A DNA stretch of 64,000 bases from Raillietiella orientalis (GCA_036172245.1 JAYWIR010000002.1:5952001-6016000); one strand, 5' to 3'; counted from the stretch's first letter, positions 22,075-35,899 are shown. Notes: generated by a model from the letters alone, not told the origin. Numbers and translations are program-made.

Positions 22075-23215
22075 GGAGTGAGATTTGTTGCTGCTGAGGA
22101 CTGTCCTGATATGGATAATTATGGGTTGTCCTGCTGTGTCACGGTATGCGATTATTAGCGGTGAATTGACGAAACGGTGATAGGAAATAGTATAAAAAAA
22201 GTAGGTGGTGGTGCGTAGGATGGGAGTGCTGTCTCTCCAATCAGAGTACTGCGGATTGAAGATTGATAGTTATTGCTCGGTTATTAATGAGTTAAATGGA
22301 ATTGATGATACGTGGCAAGCTATAGTTAAGTTTTATTTGGTGGCGATATACTGGCAAATCAGTGCTTCCAGTTATTAATGAAGGAAGAAAGGAGGATGTC
22401 CTTGTTGTGTGTGTGTTTCCTTTCCTGTAAATGTAGGATGGCGAAAGGAGTCACGAGCTTAGAGGTGGCCACTGCAGGGTTTGTCATGCCAGGGCGGTGC
22501 TGACTTGGGGAGGGCTGCATACGTGGGATGCAATGGTCTGCGTGGAAAGATAATGCCTGAATCGGTAAGAGTTGGGAAAGTGGAGGGGTGGTGGTAAGGC
22601 AAGAACGTGATGGGGAATTTGGCGAAAACTCTCCCCAAGTGATGCTCAAAGACATCTTCTCGTGAGCGATGCAAGGTAGGGTCTGCTTCGGTGCGGTTGA
22701 CAAGCGGCTCCTGCGGTATTTTGAGCGCGCTAAAGGAGCATAGTAATGAGCTATCGAATTGGTAGCGTGGATGAAAGACTATGCATCGGGTGAAGCTGCC
22801 TCGCCCTGTGGTTTCGAATTGGACGCTACGGTGGCAAGGCAACGGTGGGCTAAGGGGACGAGAGAAGAACCTTTAGAACGGAAGGTCTTTTGGAGATTAA
22901 AGGAATGAAGGTAAAATGAGGTTTAGGAAGGAACATGTTGTCTGGGACCAATGGTGAGGAATGAGATCTTCGTGATTAAGAGATTAGTTGGGAAACGATG
23001 ATGACCTTGAAACAAGGAAAAGTCGCCTAAGAAATAGCAGCGTGATCCTCACGAAACTTTCTAACTGACGTGAGAGTCTGCGACCTCGATGCTGAATTTG
23101 GTATCGCTAAGGTGTACAAGATTAGGTATTTCAGTACAACCGACTGAAAATCCTCCATGATTTGAGGTCGGATAGGCGTAAGCCAGATTGCCTTCTATAG
23201 ATGAATGATGATGCG
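22075..23215 (+). rRNA. rrnL: NUMT 16S rRNA remnant
   Basis: Conserved motifs occur in order: GGAATTTGGCGAA, TCAAAGACAT, CTGCGGTATTTTGAGCGCGCTAAAGGAGCATA, GGGACGAGAGAAGAACC, TGCGACCTCGATGCTGAATT, CATGATTTGAG..GGCGTAAGCCAG. Confidence 0.9.
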
Positions 23216-23262
23216 GAGGGATGGGAAAGTTGTAACAGTTTTCGTTTAGGGAGAATTCTAAA

Positions 23263-24080
23263 ATGGTGATGGTGATGGTGATGCAAGGGTGGTAACGGTG
23301 CTGTTTAGTGTGACTTCTGCAACTTTGGTTGAGCGCGGGATTCTAAGAGTGCCATGGCAAGGAAAGCCAAGTAAGGTGGGAGTGTGCAGTCTATAAAGGA
23401 TGGGTTAGAGTTGCTAGGTGAGAGCTGCTATGAAGCAACAAGGTGGGCTGTAAACTGGTTTCTATGATTGTTAAGGGTAATGGTAGGGATGTAGATAGCC
23501 TATCCTGAGGGTTGGGAGGTTATGAGAGGGACGATAAGGGATTGTTTTTATGTTATTTAAAGGGGAGGATGCATGAGATATTAATGAGTGGATAAGTGAG
23601 GGGTAACAAGTGTAGATATTGGTGCGGTACAATTGTGTAGCTCAGATGATTTCCTATGAGATGTGTACGATTATTGTGCTGATGGATGTGGTGATACATG
23701 TAAGTGGATAAAGATTGGGGATGAGTGCACGGGGTTAATGTTTTATAGGTTGCAGAAAGTAGTCATGTGGACTATCGTGTGTTTGGCTGTGGTTAGCCAC
23801 CTTCCTTGTGAGTCAGGGTTAGTTTCAGGATGGAATTAAGCAGCGTGTGGATGGGGTCTTTGCCTTTTTGGATTTGTCGGAGTATGTATATACTGTGTAT
23901 TGGAGATTCATGACGAGATGCTCCTTCATGGGGGTTGAAATAGGAAAAATAAAGTTGTAATGGAACATGTGGTTGTGCGGTGAGGCTTCAATACCGGCAT
24001 GATGGGTTGATGTATAATATTGGGGATTTTTCTATGTTGTAGATTTTATTTGCTGTTGTGAAGTAGGGGGGAGTAGCGAT
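23263..24080 (+). pseudogene. nad1: NUMT nad1
   Basis: VLFSVTSATLVERGIL..KPSKVG, then QSMKDGLELL, VAQMISYE (23638-23661), ESGLVSGWN..FAFLDLSEY, and YRHDGLMY resembling FRYDKLMY. Confidence 0.92.
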
Positions 24081-24089
24081 GTAATGTAC

Positions 24090-24335
24090 GATAAATTGGA
24101 GGTAGGCAAGAATGCGCTTGTAAGAATGTTAATCTCGGGTATTAAAGGATTATTTCTTAATGTAGAGATTGAAAATCACCTCATCCCTATAAAACCGATG
24201 CTTTGGACAAATTAGTAAAGCTGGTATTGTGAAGGTGTAGTGGAAATAAGACGAAAAAAGGGAGTTCGAGAGGGGCAGAATCTGTCTGAGAGGGAGGTTT
24301 GGGCTGCTAGTCATGAGAGAACCGAGAAGAGCTCA
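24090..24335 (+). tRNA. Possible degraded mt-tRNA cluster at the right end of the NUMT
   Basis: Anticodon-loop-like words TTGTAAG, TTGAAAA, TTGTGAA and CTGCTAG occur in skewed sequence, but the stems are poor. Confidence 0.25.
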
Positions 24336-27300
24336 ATTAAAAATAAGAAAAGAACATTTTTTTTTTTTTTTTAGAAGACAGAACGTGCGATGATGGCAGA
24401 GGAGAAAGTTTGCAAACCGGGAAGATGGCTAAAATTAGAATTCTGAGTAGGAGAGCAAAGTGTCCCGTGAAGAACGAGCATTCTCGAGAATTGAACTCTT
24501 TCCTCTCTTATTTCAAATAAAGACAGCAATATTACTGGATTATTCTTCCTCGCAGATGTTTCAATTGTCCCATATTTCTCCCAACACACGAAACCACGTG
24601 ATTATCAAGCTTTAACAGCCAAAATATGGAAAGATGGTTGATGAAAGCACTCGACGTCCACTGAAGACTTCAGACTTAGATGGGACCGTAAGCTACATGA
24701 TAGCATTCCTTGAGATTCTTTTAAAATACGGACGCCCGCATGCAAACCCGCATGTGCATGCTTTTGAATCTTTGCTACACCTGCATCTGAACCACGCTGT
24801 GTGGGTGCTTTCAGGAAGAGAGCCGACGGCATTTGAGTCTGTCTCAAGTGGAAATTTACCCGGTCTTCGAACAAATTGGTACTCACACATTTGTCCAGAC
24901 ACTGGGTTTTCACACGCTCCCCTTGAAGCTTGGTGCTGACCCGAGGACTCGAATTCATCAGATTCCAAGCAAATGGGCGGGTTTCCCAGTCTAGTATTCC
25001 GGAAGTTTCTCGAGGTCATCTGAGTGTATTTTCATGAGCTGAAATTTCCTTTTGCATTCGTAAGTTGTCGCACCACGTAGGGCAGTCACTTTTCAGCACG
25101 CTCCTTCAGCAGGACGCTTTAAATCCCGCCACAGGCAAAATCACTCGCAATTGCTCGTAGGAAAACAAGTAGGACTGGACCCTTCAAGAGAGTCGTACCG
25201 TGTGAGCAGTTTATAAAAATCGTGGATGAAATGTAACCCCGTGCTCATATTCCTCGAATCCCTGGAAAGGGTCTCGATGTTGACCCACGTTCGTTGCAGA
25301 GGTACCTGCTGGAAACGTTGGACAGTGCATTTCCTTCGGAGCAAGCTCCCCCCAGCCTACATGATCCCCGGGCAGTCACAGAAACAGGGACCTCGAACCG
25401 CAGCTTTGACTTCTTTGAAGTTGGTCTCCAGAAACAAAGGAATAAAGGAAGCACGCGCCTCCGCGTGATCATGCTCCTTCAGCCTCTCTTTGCCTTCATC
25501 TCGGTAGCGACAAATCACAGGCTAAGAATGCGGTTCAGCGATTTCGATTCTGCTTCAGGATCGATCCCCATATATCTTTGTTACAAACAAGACTGAGCAT
25601 TACGCCGTTCATTTTCTGGGAGGTTCGGTTGCATGCGTCGCCGAATTCTTCTTATTTAGCAGCGTCTTAACTGACCTTGGTGCCTCAAGTTACCAACTGC
25701 ACATAATTCCCAGTTTCCTTTTTCTCTGAACGTGCGTCTGGAACGAATTTTTCCCGGGATAGCCTTCTATCCTTGATTCTTCAAGCACTTTTTTTTCCCT
25801 CTCTTTTGACTTACTTCAGTTATCTGGAGAAGAGTGGTGTGCATTTGTCTTCCGTAGAATTTGCTCTAGAATCGGTCCTAGTGCGGCAGCGCTGGAAGCA
25901 CCAAGTTTCCTACTTTCATGTGTTCCTCTAAGGAGCAACTCGAGTTTCTGCCTTTGCATGCTTCGGAAACAGCACTCTTGGCCGGATTCTGTTCCTCCCT
26001 CGTCCCTAAGACGGGGGTAGAGAGTCTCCTCAGTGATAGGGGAGCATTTTCGGTTGTCTATCAGCTACTCTTTGCACGGGTACCCATCCAAATATTTGCA
26101 GTTCGCATCTTCGAGGGATTGCTGAAACGTCCAAAAACCATTTCGTTAAATCGCTTAAATGGAATCGGTTTTGCAGCTCAGTGTAAATTTATGGCAGGTG
26201 GACGGATGTGGTCTCTGCAGCACACGAAACGTCCTGAGAAACGCAACGGCGTGAGTTATGCAGCTTCCGAAAAACGTCGGATCACGAAGCAGGCACTAAT
26301 ACCTTGCCAAAACCTCTTCTGAAGCAGAGAGTCCCACAAGGATGATTTTTATTTTAGACCTCAACAGAGTTGATTTTAAAGACAATCAGGATGATGCGTG
26401 AAGGATATTTGCTCCGCTTTATCCTAAATGCACAGCGTCTTGAAGGTAGCGCTTTTCATTTCAGGAATCATCGTCCCACAATCTGATTATGTGAGTTAAA
26501 AGATTCAGATTCTAGCTAATTCGACGATCCTTCCTTCATACACACACACACGCACACACACACAAATCATTCCTTTTTGTACTGAAAAACTGTTAAGGCT
26601 GCTTGTTAAAAAACAAAAAAAAGACTTGCCCTACTTCACGTCTAGCCAAGAAGAATAAAACTTATTATGAAGTCCTGTTTCTGTTGACAGTTGATCTTTA
26701 GAAATCGGGTGTATCTGTTCATTTTTATAGACACATCTCCAGGTGTGGCTCGAATTCCTCGTTAAAGTTTCACCTTGCAGCTGCTATTTGGTATTGGACA
26801 GATGACCTCTCGTGATTGTCAACCCCATTTTCCGCAAACATGGTGTGACTCCAGTACGAGCAGGAACCCTTCTGGTGCCGTTTCTTGGAGGTTGAGAAAT
26901 GAAAACTCGGATCAAAGTCAGCAGTTATGATGAAAAAACTCCGTGCACCAAAACTGGCAGCTTTCTAAGAGAAGCCAACTGCCTCTCGTGGTTTATATGA
27001 GTTTTCATAAGTTATTATAGAAGTTCCAGCGGTAATATTTCAGATACCGGCCTTCACACTGCTCGAACTACTTGAAGAGAACGCTTTGTGCCGAAGATCG
27101 ATACTTTTTTCAGAACAAAGCTAAAGAGCGAAGAAAAGTCACCATTGCTGGAGCAGAGATTTATGAAAGCCTCCGTTGCTGCTCAGCAAACAAGAACGCT
27201 TTTAAGGTGCTCTTTCATCTCAAGAGATTTTGTTCCATTTGCGCAGTTCTGTTTCCGATGAGCAATTTCTACAATTCTCACAGTGGTAAATGGAATCCCC

Positions 27301-28934
27301 TCCCACTCTATGTTGCATTTTCCTTTTTTCCTCCTAGCTGCCCTCCCTCTCGGGAATATCTGTGCTGAATGCAGCTTGACGTCGGATTCCACCGCACTGC
27401 TTCCTGCTGCAGCTCTGATTGAGGAACTTACCCAAACCACAACGTACGAATTCCTGTATGTTGCAGCAAGCTCTCTTCATTTCATTAGGAACGTGAATTG
27501 TACTGCTGATGTGTTCATCTCTAAAAAGATAGAAAAAGCCCCGAGCAAATCTGTTTTCGGTATAGAGCCTCAAAGTACTCAATCTTGATTATACACTTTG
27601 ATTCCTTTGGACTGTCGTTTTTCATCTACTCCTCCCCCATTCATTTGTTCCTTAGGCATTTTTCCAGGACAGTTCTACCACGAAATCCTTTCAGAATCTC
27701 TGGTTCCCTGTATATGTGCTTTTTTGAAGTGTTCCATCAGGAAAGACTGCCTGTTTTTTTTTTTTGTCCTCTTGCTAGGAGGCAATCTTCTCTCATCTTC
27801 ATATCTTTGATTTTCATGGACGCTTTACTTGATGAGCAAGGAGTTTTGTTCTTTTGATCCAGCTCCGGGAGTCAATGCTCGGCGTTCTTTCAGTAGTTTG
27901 TGCCTTGCAACGGTCTGGAGGAGCCACCTCGAATTCACCTTCCTATTAGGACGTGATCGTTGAGATGCAGCATCATATTCTTGTGTCGCCAGCAAGCGCA
28001 CTGTTTTAGGAACCTTGCATCTTCTGCCTCTTGATTGTACGATTTGCTTTACTGACGATTAGTGAAACCTTAATCTGTCATTGTATTCCCTCTACGTGCT
28101 CAGTCGAGAGTGTGTGATCCATGACAAGTTAGTTTTCCAAATAAGCTTCTCTCCCCGTTACTGTGACGTTCGTTTTCTGGGGTGAAAACGATTCTGAAAA
28201 GAGGACTTCTTCACCCTGTTTACGTACAAGTAGGTCGCATAGGAGGCAAGGCCGGATCACACTTCTGAGAGCTAGATTGCTATATTTTTTTCACTTCTTA
28301 GGGATTGTTTTCCATCCTTCTCTCTTTCCATGTCAAAGCTCTAATTGGGAAGCAGGGATGGATGTTTTGTATTTGCAAAGCATCTCTCTGGATATCCAGG
28401 CAATTTGGTCTCAATAGGAATCTGCTCAGCACCCTCTTTCCGGTGATGATAAATAAGTTTGGGTGACATCGCAGGCACTAATATTCTCGTAACAAGCGCT
28501 GCTCCGTCACCAACTCCCTCACTCTTGAAAGGAAGATTCCATTGAAAATTCTCTCTCACAAAATAATTCGGCAGCTAAGATTTATTTTATTCACGCCATT
28601 AGGCATGTTTCGGAAGCGCTGCTTCCGCATCAGAACAGACAAAGCACCAACGAATCAGTAATGGGACTGAATTGCAGTATCCTTGGAAACCAGAATAGTT
28701 GGATATCGACGAGCTCCAAAAAAAACGCGGTGGTATCAAAATGCGCATCAAATTGAATTCTAGAGGACAAAAGGGAGCACATCGTTTTCAAAGTTGCATT
28801 CAAGACTAAAGGGGACAACGGCTTTTCATATGTTCCTCAAGAAGTGGTTTACATTCGTGGTTTTTCACTCGGATATGGTGGGGTATTTATTATTAAAATT
28901 TTATGAATAAAATTTTAAAATAAAGTCTGTGAAT

Positions 28935-30430
28935 TTTTTATCAGGCAGAACACGTGGTTCTGCCTGTCTTGGGACACTTGCCGTTGCCGACCCGTAGGCC
29001 GGTGAGGTCCTCACCGCTAGTGAAAGGGATGGAAAAACCACAAAGAAACAAAAAAAATAAATAAACAAGAAGACGAGGGGAGGGCAATGTTTTCCGGGGA
29101 GGGGAGAGCACGAAAGGCATCACTGTTCGCCGCGAGTGGTCCTCTGCATCCGCGTTTGGATGCGCACAAGTGCAGGTCGTAAGTTCGTAGCCAGGGCCCT
29201 CGAGAAACTTTCTGCATGGAGATGCCCGCCCAGTGAGTGGCATCCCGGCCGTTGTGGCTTCGCACTGATGCAGACCCTTTGTCCAGGATTCCGCGTATGC
29301 GGCAGAGAACTGCTGCACACGCGGCTGCTGGCAGGGCGTCCCGCATCAGGAGGCGACATCAGCAAAATGTCCTTTGGGTCGCCAGCCGGAATGTTCAGGA
29401 TCGACGGCAGTCGATTCCACATGGGGAGGAGGGCGACACAGTCGAGTAGCAGGTGCGGGAAGGTTTCCCTTTCCCCGCAGCCTGCACAACGGGCATCCAC
29501 ACTCCCCAGTGTCCAGTGGGAGAGGCGTGCTCTGCAAGGGAGTCCCCAATGCAACACTAGCAACGCCGTCTCCTGCCACCTCAAGGGGAAGGTTCCATTG
29601 TCCCAACGCGCTGGAGGCCACTTCACCTCCTCTAAAGGTATGCCGAGCAGCTCGCCCCAGCGTACAAGTCCTTTGGGCGGGACACTCTGGGTTGCAGCGT
29701 CCGCTAGCTCCCGAGTTGTCCACGCCTGTAACAGTTTTTTCCTGCCTCCGATGAGGCAGGACACTTCCCACGATGCCTCCTCTTGGCTGTCCCTAGCGTT
29801 CTTTAGGAAGGGCAGCACGGGGGTAAGAGAGATAAATGAAGCCCACAGAAGTTTCCGTGGGTTGGAAACGATCTCCTGCAGGGGCTGTCCAGCGTACCTG
29901 CCTCTACAGAGTCAGGAGAAGTCCAAATCGCTGGAGCCGTTGCGGCCCACGCAGAAGCTGACCCCTGAAGCCATGCAGTGCAGTTCGTGAGGACGCAGGA
30001 GATCCACATATTCTCCCACACAAGGGCAACCACGTCACGCAGCTGAAAATCAGAGTGGTTCAGACTGCGGTCGTTTGCCACAAGGATCGATCTCAATCCG
30101 TTCCAGCCGGTCGCTCTACTGGCGAGGACACGTATAGGGACGTACCATGGCGTTGCCCATAACCTCGCTGCAAGAGCGAGTTTGCGTATTTGGTGCTGGC
30201 TCTCTATGCGCTCCATCCTCAGGAGGCCTAGTTCTCCGTCCCTGCATGGAGCGCACAAGTCTTTGAGACGGACGTGGGACCTCCGCTTACCCCACAGGGC
30301 TTTTCTCAGGTGGTCCTTTGTCCTTATCTTTATTTGGGGTGGGGCGGGGCAAACAAAAAGTAGGGGGCGAAGGAGGGGGGCCGCCAATGTGTTCCACACC
30401 GTGGCCCGTTCCTGCAAGTAAAACTTACCG
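28935..30430 (-). mobile_element. L1/Tx1-type LINE 3' fragment (post-RT region, CCHC zinc finger, structured 3' UTR)
   Basis: LRKALWGKRRSHVRLKDLCAPCRDGELGL resembles F.W.GK..V..L..P...GGLGL. LLVLHWGLPCRARLSHW..RCAGCGERETFPHLLLDC is zf-RVT-like. A T-rich tract and hairpins follow. Confidence 0.85.
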
Positions 30431-32149
30431 TCACGTTTCCTTTCGTGGTAGTCGCATGGAAACGGCAGATCCAAGATGTGCGCTCACAAATTGCATCCGG
30501 TGTTCGGTTCACACCATCAATTAGTAGATTGATCGTTACACCTGGCGTGCTCGATTGCAGGAAATGGTGCCGAAATTTCTATTTCTTTAATTCGTTTTGC
30601 TTTGTGCTTCAAGTTTCATGATGAAGAAGGAAGAAGAGGAATGCATGGCCACAGAAGAGGCACGGAGCCTATCTCTCCTGCAGCAGCTTTTCGTCCTTTG
30701 GAGGAGTTTGCGAATTTACTATTTCTATTTGCAAATAACCGATTGATGCAATTACCAAGGTTTCACGAAGCAGCGGCATTGCTCCAGGTCTTTTGCAAGT
30801 GCAGTTGGTGTTAAACGGTCCAGAGACCAGGAACTCGGTGGGGTGGATCAAAGTCTACAAGTCCCAAATATCCAGGGATGCCTTTCGCCGAGAAGCAAGC
30901 CGATTCTCGATCTTGCTTATTCGGAAGGAATGGAGGATTTCGTTCGAGCTCTCCAGTCTAATTGCAGGAAAGACGATTGAAACTGATGTCTCTCGCCAGT
31001 TCTCGAACTTTCCATCTGGAAAAGTGCGTTCAGAATTTTGATCCGTTGCTTCAGGATCAGAATTGGCGCAAGTATTCGGAAGAATTACGGGACAGACTGT
31101 CTCAGGCTGTCACTTATGAGAGGCGGTGAATTATAAAAGATTGCCTTCCGCGCTGCCATCTTCACAAAAGAATCTCTGAAATGGCAGCAGAACTGTGTTC
31201 GTTTGTGTTCCTCTACTAAGCTGGAAAATAAAGTAAGACACTTCTTGACACACGGTCTTTCGCAGATCGTGTGGCCTTTGCTGAACTCCAGTAGGTTGTG
31301 GCATTGAAAAGTTGGGTTTCTTTTTGTTATCCATTGTGGCATTGTGCATGCCATCCACGCTTGCCCGTTTCATCGGTGATCCGCTCACAGTGGGGATCTG
31401 TCTGCTGCTTCCATAGAGGAAAATGCTTTATCGAGGATCCACACGATACTCAATTGCTGAACTACTCCGGCACAATACTGGAAACATTCTTTCTTGTTCG
31501 GATGCCCTTCCAATCCGGAACTAACGCAAGACTGTCCTGGTGGAACGATCAAAACCGTTTCCTTGGAAATTATTACCATAGCTCACCCTCGATCTCGTTT
31601 TACCTCTCGTTTCTTCCTCCGGGAAGAAAGGCAGTCGCAGATCCATCAACACTTGAACCTGATTCCCTACTAATGGCACATCCTCCCGATGAGACGCTCC
31701 TTCCATTCCTAACTACCCAAGATAATATCAGAGCTTCTAGAATGGAATTCCTCTGCATCTCCCATCAGCAAAAAATGATACTAAACGAGGATGTATTTGT
31801 GAAAGAAATAAGAAGGAAATTTCTGTAGCATGTGAATGCCAGAAGCAAGCAAGGGATTTCACGTGTTTCGACATGACTCCAATCTGTTGTTTCCGAGATC
31901 TCTAGAAGCTCAAGACCCGTACTGCAGAAAATTGCAACACTTTCAGAGGACTTTGGCACCGCTGAGTGTGGTTCACGGTAGGTCGAATTTTCTTTCGCTT
32001 CATGCAAATGCCTTCCATGCCAGAGACCGTTCTTCTCGGTTCCCCGTCCCGATCACGCTCGGCACCACGCTCGTCAACAACAGTCGCTACAACCTCCAGA
32101 AGCTGCTATTGGAAAGACGAACTTCAGCTCATGGAACTTCCATAATGAA

Positions 32150-32620
32150 TACACCCGCGCTGGTAACCGCGTTGCTGAGGTCTCCGCGCGTGGTGCCAAG
32201 GCGTTGCGGGTCCGAATCCCTCCCGGGGAAGGATCGGCGCTAGAACCGGGGGGGGCGTCGTGGGTTTCGAGTACCCGTGCAGAATGGGCACTGGTTGGCC
32301 TTGGTTGGCTTCGGGTGAGATAATGATGGAAGCCGGAAACCGGGTTCCCGTGTTGACTGGCCAGGATTGGAAGTTGACTCTCCGAGGTCCTTCCAGGACA
32401 TCAAGGAGTAGGTTCCCTCCGGGGTTTCCCTCTGGTCGCGGAAAGAGGACCGTACCATGTGGCTGTTTGATACTCTTCCTCCCGGGGATCGTCTCTCCAG
32501 AGTGTCAGAAGCGCGCTGCTTCCATCGGGGAGCGACCCTTCAAGGAAATTTGGAAGCGTCTGTCAGAGGCTCTCTTCAGGGGAAGAGGAAACCAGGAGCG
32601 AATCCCTTGCAAGTAGCGGT
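32150..32620 (+). mobile_element. tRNA-derived SINE-like element, copy 4
   Basis: CGCGTGGTGCCAAGGCGTTGCGGGTCCGAATCCC head and second box GGGTTTCGAG. The body matches copies 1, 2 and 6 (e.g. GAAATTTGGAAGCGTC, CAGGAGCGAATCCCTTGC). Confidence 0.8.
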
Positions 32621-33599
32621 GAGAACTTCGCAAACCAAGCAGCCTGCTGGATGAATCTGTGAACTGAAATGCAAGAGAACGATCTAAAACGGAACCCAAG
32701 CGAAAGTTCCCCCATTGCACCGTTCCCGCGCGAATAGGACTCCCCATTCTCAGAGTTCACCAACTCTCCATCCGAAACAGTCAGAAAGGATTTTTCGACC
32801 GAGGATCCGGCACATGAATTCGCGTCTTTCTGGACTGAATGATGACCTCATGCGTAAACTCTCCTCCCACATGCTTGTAACAGTTACACTTCAATTGTGG
32901 ACGATTCACAAGGCAAAGAGCCGAGCAAAATCAACAGAAATTTTTTTTCTGATTTTTCCTTGCCCCCCCTCAGGCAGCCTGCTACAAGTGCCGCACTTAG
33001 TGATTGCAAGGAATTCATCCACGCATAAGGAAGATCGGCAGTTGTTATTTGTTTTCATACAAAGGACTCCCTCAGGCAGTACAGGGAGACGTTGTTGGGT
33101 TCCAGACCTGAATCCGATACATCCGTGTTTTCCGTTCGTCCCAGATTCCCTCTTTTGTTCGCAGCTCCGTCCCGAAGTCGAAACTCCTGTGCCGTGAAGC
33201 TGCAGAGGTGAACTTCATCTTCGAGTTCCGCTCCATGCGACAGGAGGGAGGTTTCCGCTTCTCCGCCTTCATGGCAGCTGAAAGGCACTGCTCATTTGAA
33301 GAGTGCTCCATTCGGTCTCCGTCTTTTCGACTGGAAAATGGCGGAAGCGCTTGCAGTCTTGCTCACGGTCGCAGCTGACGTCCGCTGCCGAATCCGATAC
33401 ATCCCCCCGCTCTGCAGAGGCGGATGAACAGTGAGTGATCGGATATCCTACCAAAAGCTTTATGTCTGTAATAAAAGATCGAATCGGTCAGCGCATCAGG
33501 TTGTTTAGAATTTTTATTGCCCCTCGGTGAGGTGTGAGTTGAAGGCCTCATTGCAGCCACACTTTGATCAATGGCATTTTATTTACCTCACTAGTAATG

Positions 33600-34400
33600 T
33601 TGCATGATTTGACAGGAAAAACAGTTTGAAAAGTACGGCTCTCTGGTGTGTGGTAAATCAATGAGCCTCACGTTGCTCACAGTTTTAAAAATCTCTGTAC
33701 TTCGAATGTGCCTTCCCTGGAGGGATTCAATCTTAAGGATCATCACTCTTTCCCTTATTGCCTTGTGAAATCGAAAAATCCACATCCAATCTCACGAAAT
33801 CGTAAAGTGCGCTCGTTGGTGCTCTGAAATCCTTAATTCATTTTCTCCTTTTATATAATTGCAAAGACTCCAGCAGCATCGAATTTAAGCGACCGGCAAA
33901 CAGACGAAGCATGAGCCCATGAGTTGCTGCCATTGAAAGTGTAATTGGAATGAGAAACTAGAAACTGTGTTTGCGTTGTTGCTTCTGTACAGTTCAGTGC
34001 ATACACAATTGATCAATCAGGGTTTTTACAGAATCAAGGTGCGGTATTCTCAGGAGCCAAAATCTTTCTGTACAGTGTTTTCTGAAATCGATTTCATCAA
34101 TAAAATGTTCCAGTTGATCTGTGGTCATCCACGCACCATTATTAAGATTTACGCCGTAGTTGAGTAGTGATCAGGAACGAAAACTTGAGCATCTTCTGCT
34201 TGAGCATTTCTTTATGAACATGCCATTCCTTCATCGACACCTAAAACAGCCATCCTCCCACCTCTGGTAGTAACTGCAGCAGATCCGCAGCCAGTTTCTG
34301 GAGATCCTTGTATTCTGACCATCAGAAACAAGGCGAATCTTCCAAAACACCCAGCATCCCTCTAGGTGAGTTTCACAAACGGAAGATGTATGGAGCGTCA
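33600..34400 (-). pseudogene. Possible NACHT-domain gene remnant
   Basis: KDLQKLAADLLQLLPE, AVLGVDE (Walker B-like) and KFSFLITTQ (resembling hhITTRP) occur in the expected order across frameshifts. Confidence 0.35.
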
Positions 34401-35029
34401 CTTATGTTGGTTTACAACGACCACTCGGGAGCCACTATCGTGTCCAACGCATAATGGGAACCAAGAAAGTTGTTTGGGGAACGAACAACCAGATCATACC
34501 CTGAGGGAAGCACATGCCCTTAGCTCACCTTCCTTTCAACTTTCTTCGACTGCAAATCGCCTAATATTTCTAGCCGTTTTGCCGCAAAGATTCTGGCACC
34601 TCAATGCAAATTGCACAGAGTCAAACCAGGATTAAAAAAAGAAAAAAGAAAAAACTTCCCCATTTCTCGCCTATGGAGCGTTCCTCCTATTTGAGACTTC
34701 AGGCATCGCTAGCTTTGCAAAGCTGTAGCTGCATCCTTTAGTTTGCAAACCGTGCTCTAGTAGTCGTGTGCACGTAATCCTGTGTATCCAAGTTGTACAC
34801 AGTAAATCTCATAATGGCTGCACATAAATCTGCGTTGTCATTTCACGGTATTTGATCCACATAAATAGGTTAGATAGATTACAAGTGGCTATGGGCATCT
34901 ACTCCACGAGAGGTCCATTTCGCCGATTGATGATGACTCATTTAAATAGCTGGAATAGGTGGACCGTGTAGCTGCATGGTGCCGCCCTTCGAGAGTCGTT
35001 TATTGAAACCAACAAACATTGCGAAATGG

Positions 35030-35200
35030 GAGGACCATTGGTCATAGCGAGTCCTGACTAGGGCAAGGCTTGCCGAGTGTCGGCTACGTAGACCGGGGAG
35101 AACGGCCTTCACAGCAGAGGGGATGGGAGAGAACAAAAAAGCAAAAATGAAGATAAAAATTTGGAGGGCACGGAAAAGGGTTGCACCCTGCCGAGGGGCG
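35030..35200 (-). mobile_element. Isolated LINE 3' UTR fragment
   Basis: On +, GCTACGTAGACCGG..CAGCAGAGGGGA followed by an A-rich tract parallels GCTACGCAGACCGG..CAGCGTGGGA at 49656-49720. Confidence 0.55.
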
Positions 35201-35899
35201 TTTCTTTCGCATCTTTTCGAGGATGGATGGAGGAAATGGGTGAAATGCAAGTGCTGATGCACTCAGTGGTCTTCATCCGACCTTAGCGTGTAGCTGGTAT
35301 CAAAGTGTCCAACTTGTGTATGCGGACTCACGCACGCATGCACGCACGCACGTTGGTCGTTCCAACCTCTCCATTGCGATGAGTCACGAAGCATCCCGGA
35401 ACGATCATCCCACTGTTCCGACAGTCTAGGAGCGTGGGGGAATGACCAGTCGCAACCCCGTTCCGTTGAATTCGCTGGGACGCATTGGGGCAACTTCGTC
35501 ACAGCTCCCATCCTCAGCTTTGCTTCGTCCGCTTGCGATATCCTACCGCGTGGGTTCCTTCTTTGATAACGAACACGAGGGTCACGTGGCAAGAGAACGA
35601 GTATTTCCGTATCTCCTTCTTTCCAGCTCTGGCTTCAACTTCAGCTGAAGAATGGGCTTTCGGAGCCTGTTTAACAGACGAGATATGAGGGGAGCATGGA
35701 TGGCTCAAAGGCGGAACTCTGATGGTATGGATCTGCCGCGGTGTGTACGAAGGACGAAATGTACATTCACCAGGGTGAACTATCAAGAAGCGAAGTGCAT
35801 GATCAATGCGAAACCCCGTCAGTCCGCATTGGGAACACTTCCGTGTACTGTGTTTGGTCCCGTGATCAATCCCATTCTCCTCTCATCCTTCGCGTGATC

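Larger units (their letters stand above)
13750..24340. other. Large decayed nuclear mitochondrial insertion (NUMT)
   Basis: Contiguous G/T-skewed block with remnants of nad4, nad5, nad3, atp6, atp8, cox2, cox1, rrnS, rrnL, nad1 and tRNAs, with arthropod-like strand polarity. TGA falls at conserved Trp positions. Many frameshifts and deletions; flanked by nuclear repeats. Confidence 0.95.

Noticed and set aside
22080..22760. nad2-like reading on the minus strand (IQALS) with a trnM-like ATAG-CTCATTA-CTAT at 22740-22754, and a nad1-like reading on the plus strand at ~22100
   Set aside because: 22610-23200 carries an ordered series of conserved 16S rRNA motifs on the plus strand, and the real nad1 starts at ~23263. 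The segment is best explained as rrnL.
24400..28800. Coding-like AT-richer sequence, possibly a Schlafen-like helicase or transposase relic (also 30850-32100)
   Set aside because: Only isolated, ambiguous motif resemblances were found. It cannot be assigned without a database search.
29136..29990. Longest ORF in the track (284 aa, plus strand)
   Set aside because: It is antisense to the GC-rich LINE ORF2 fragment and has no recognisable domain.
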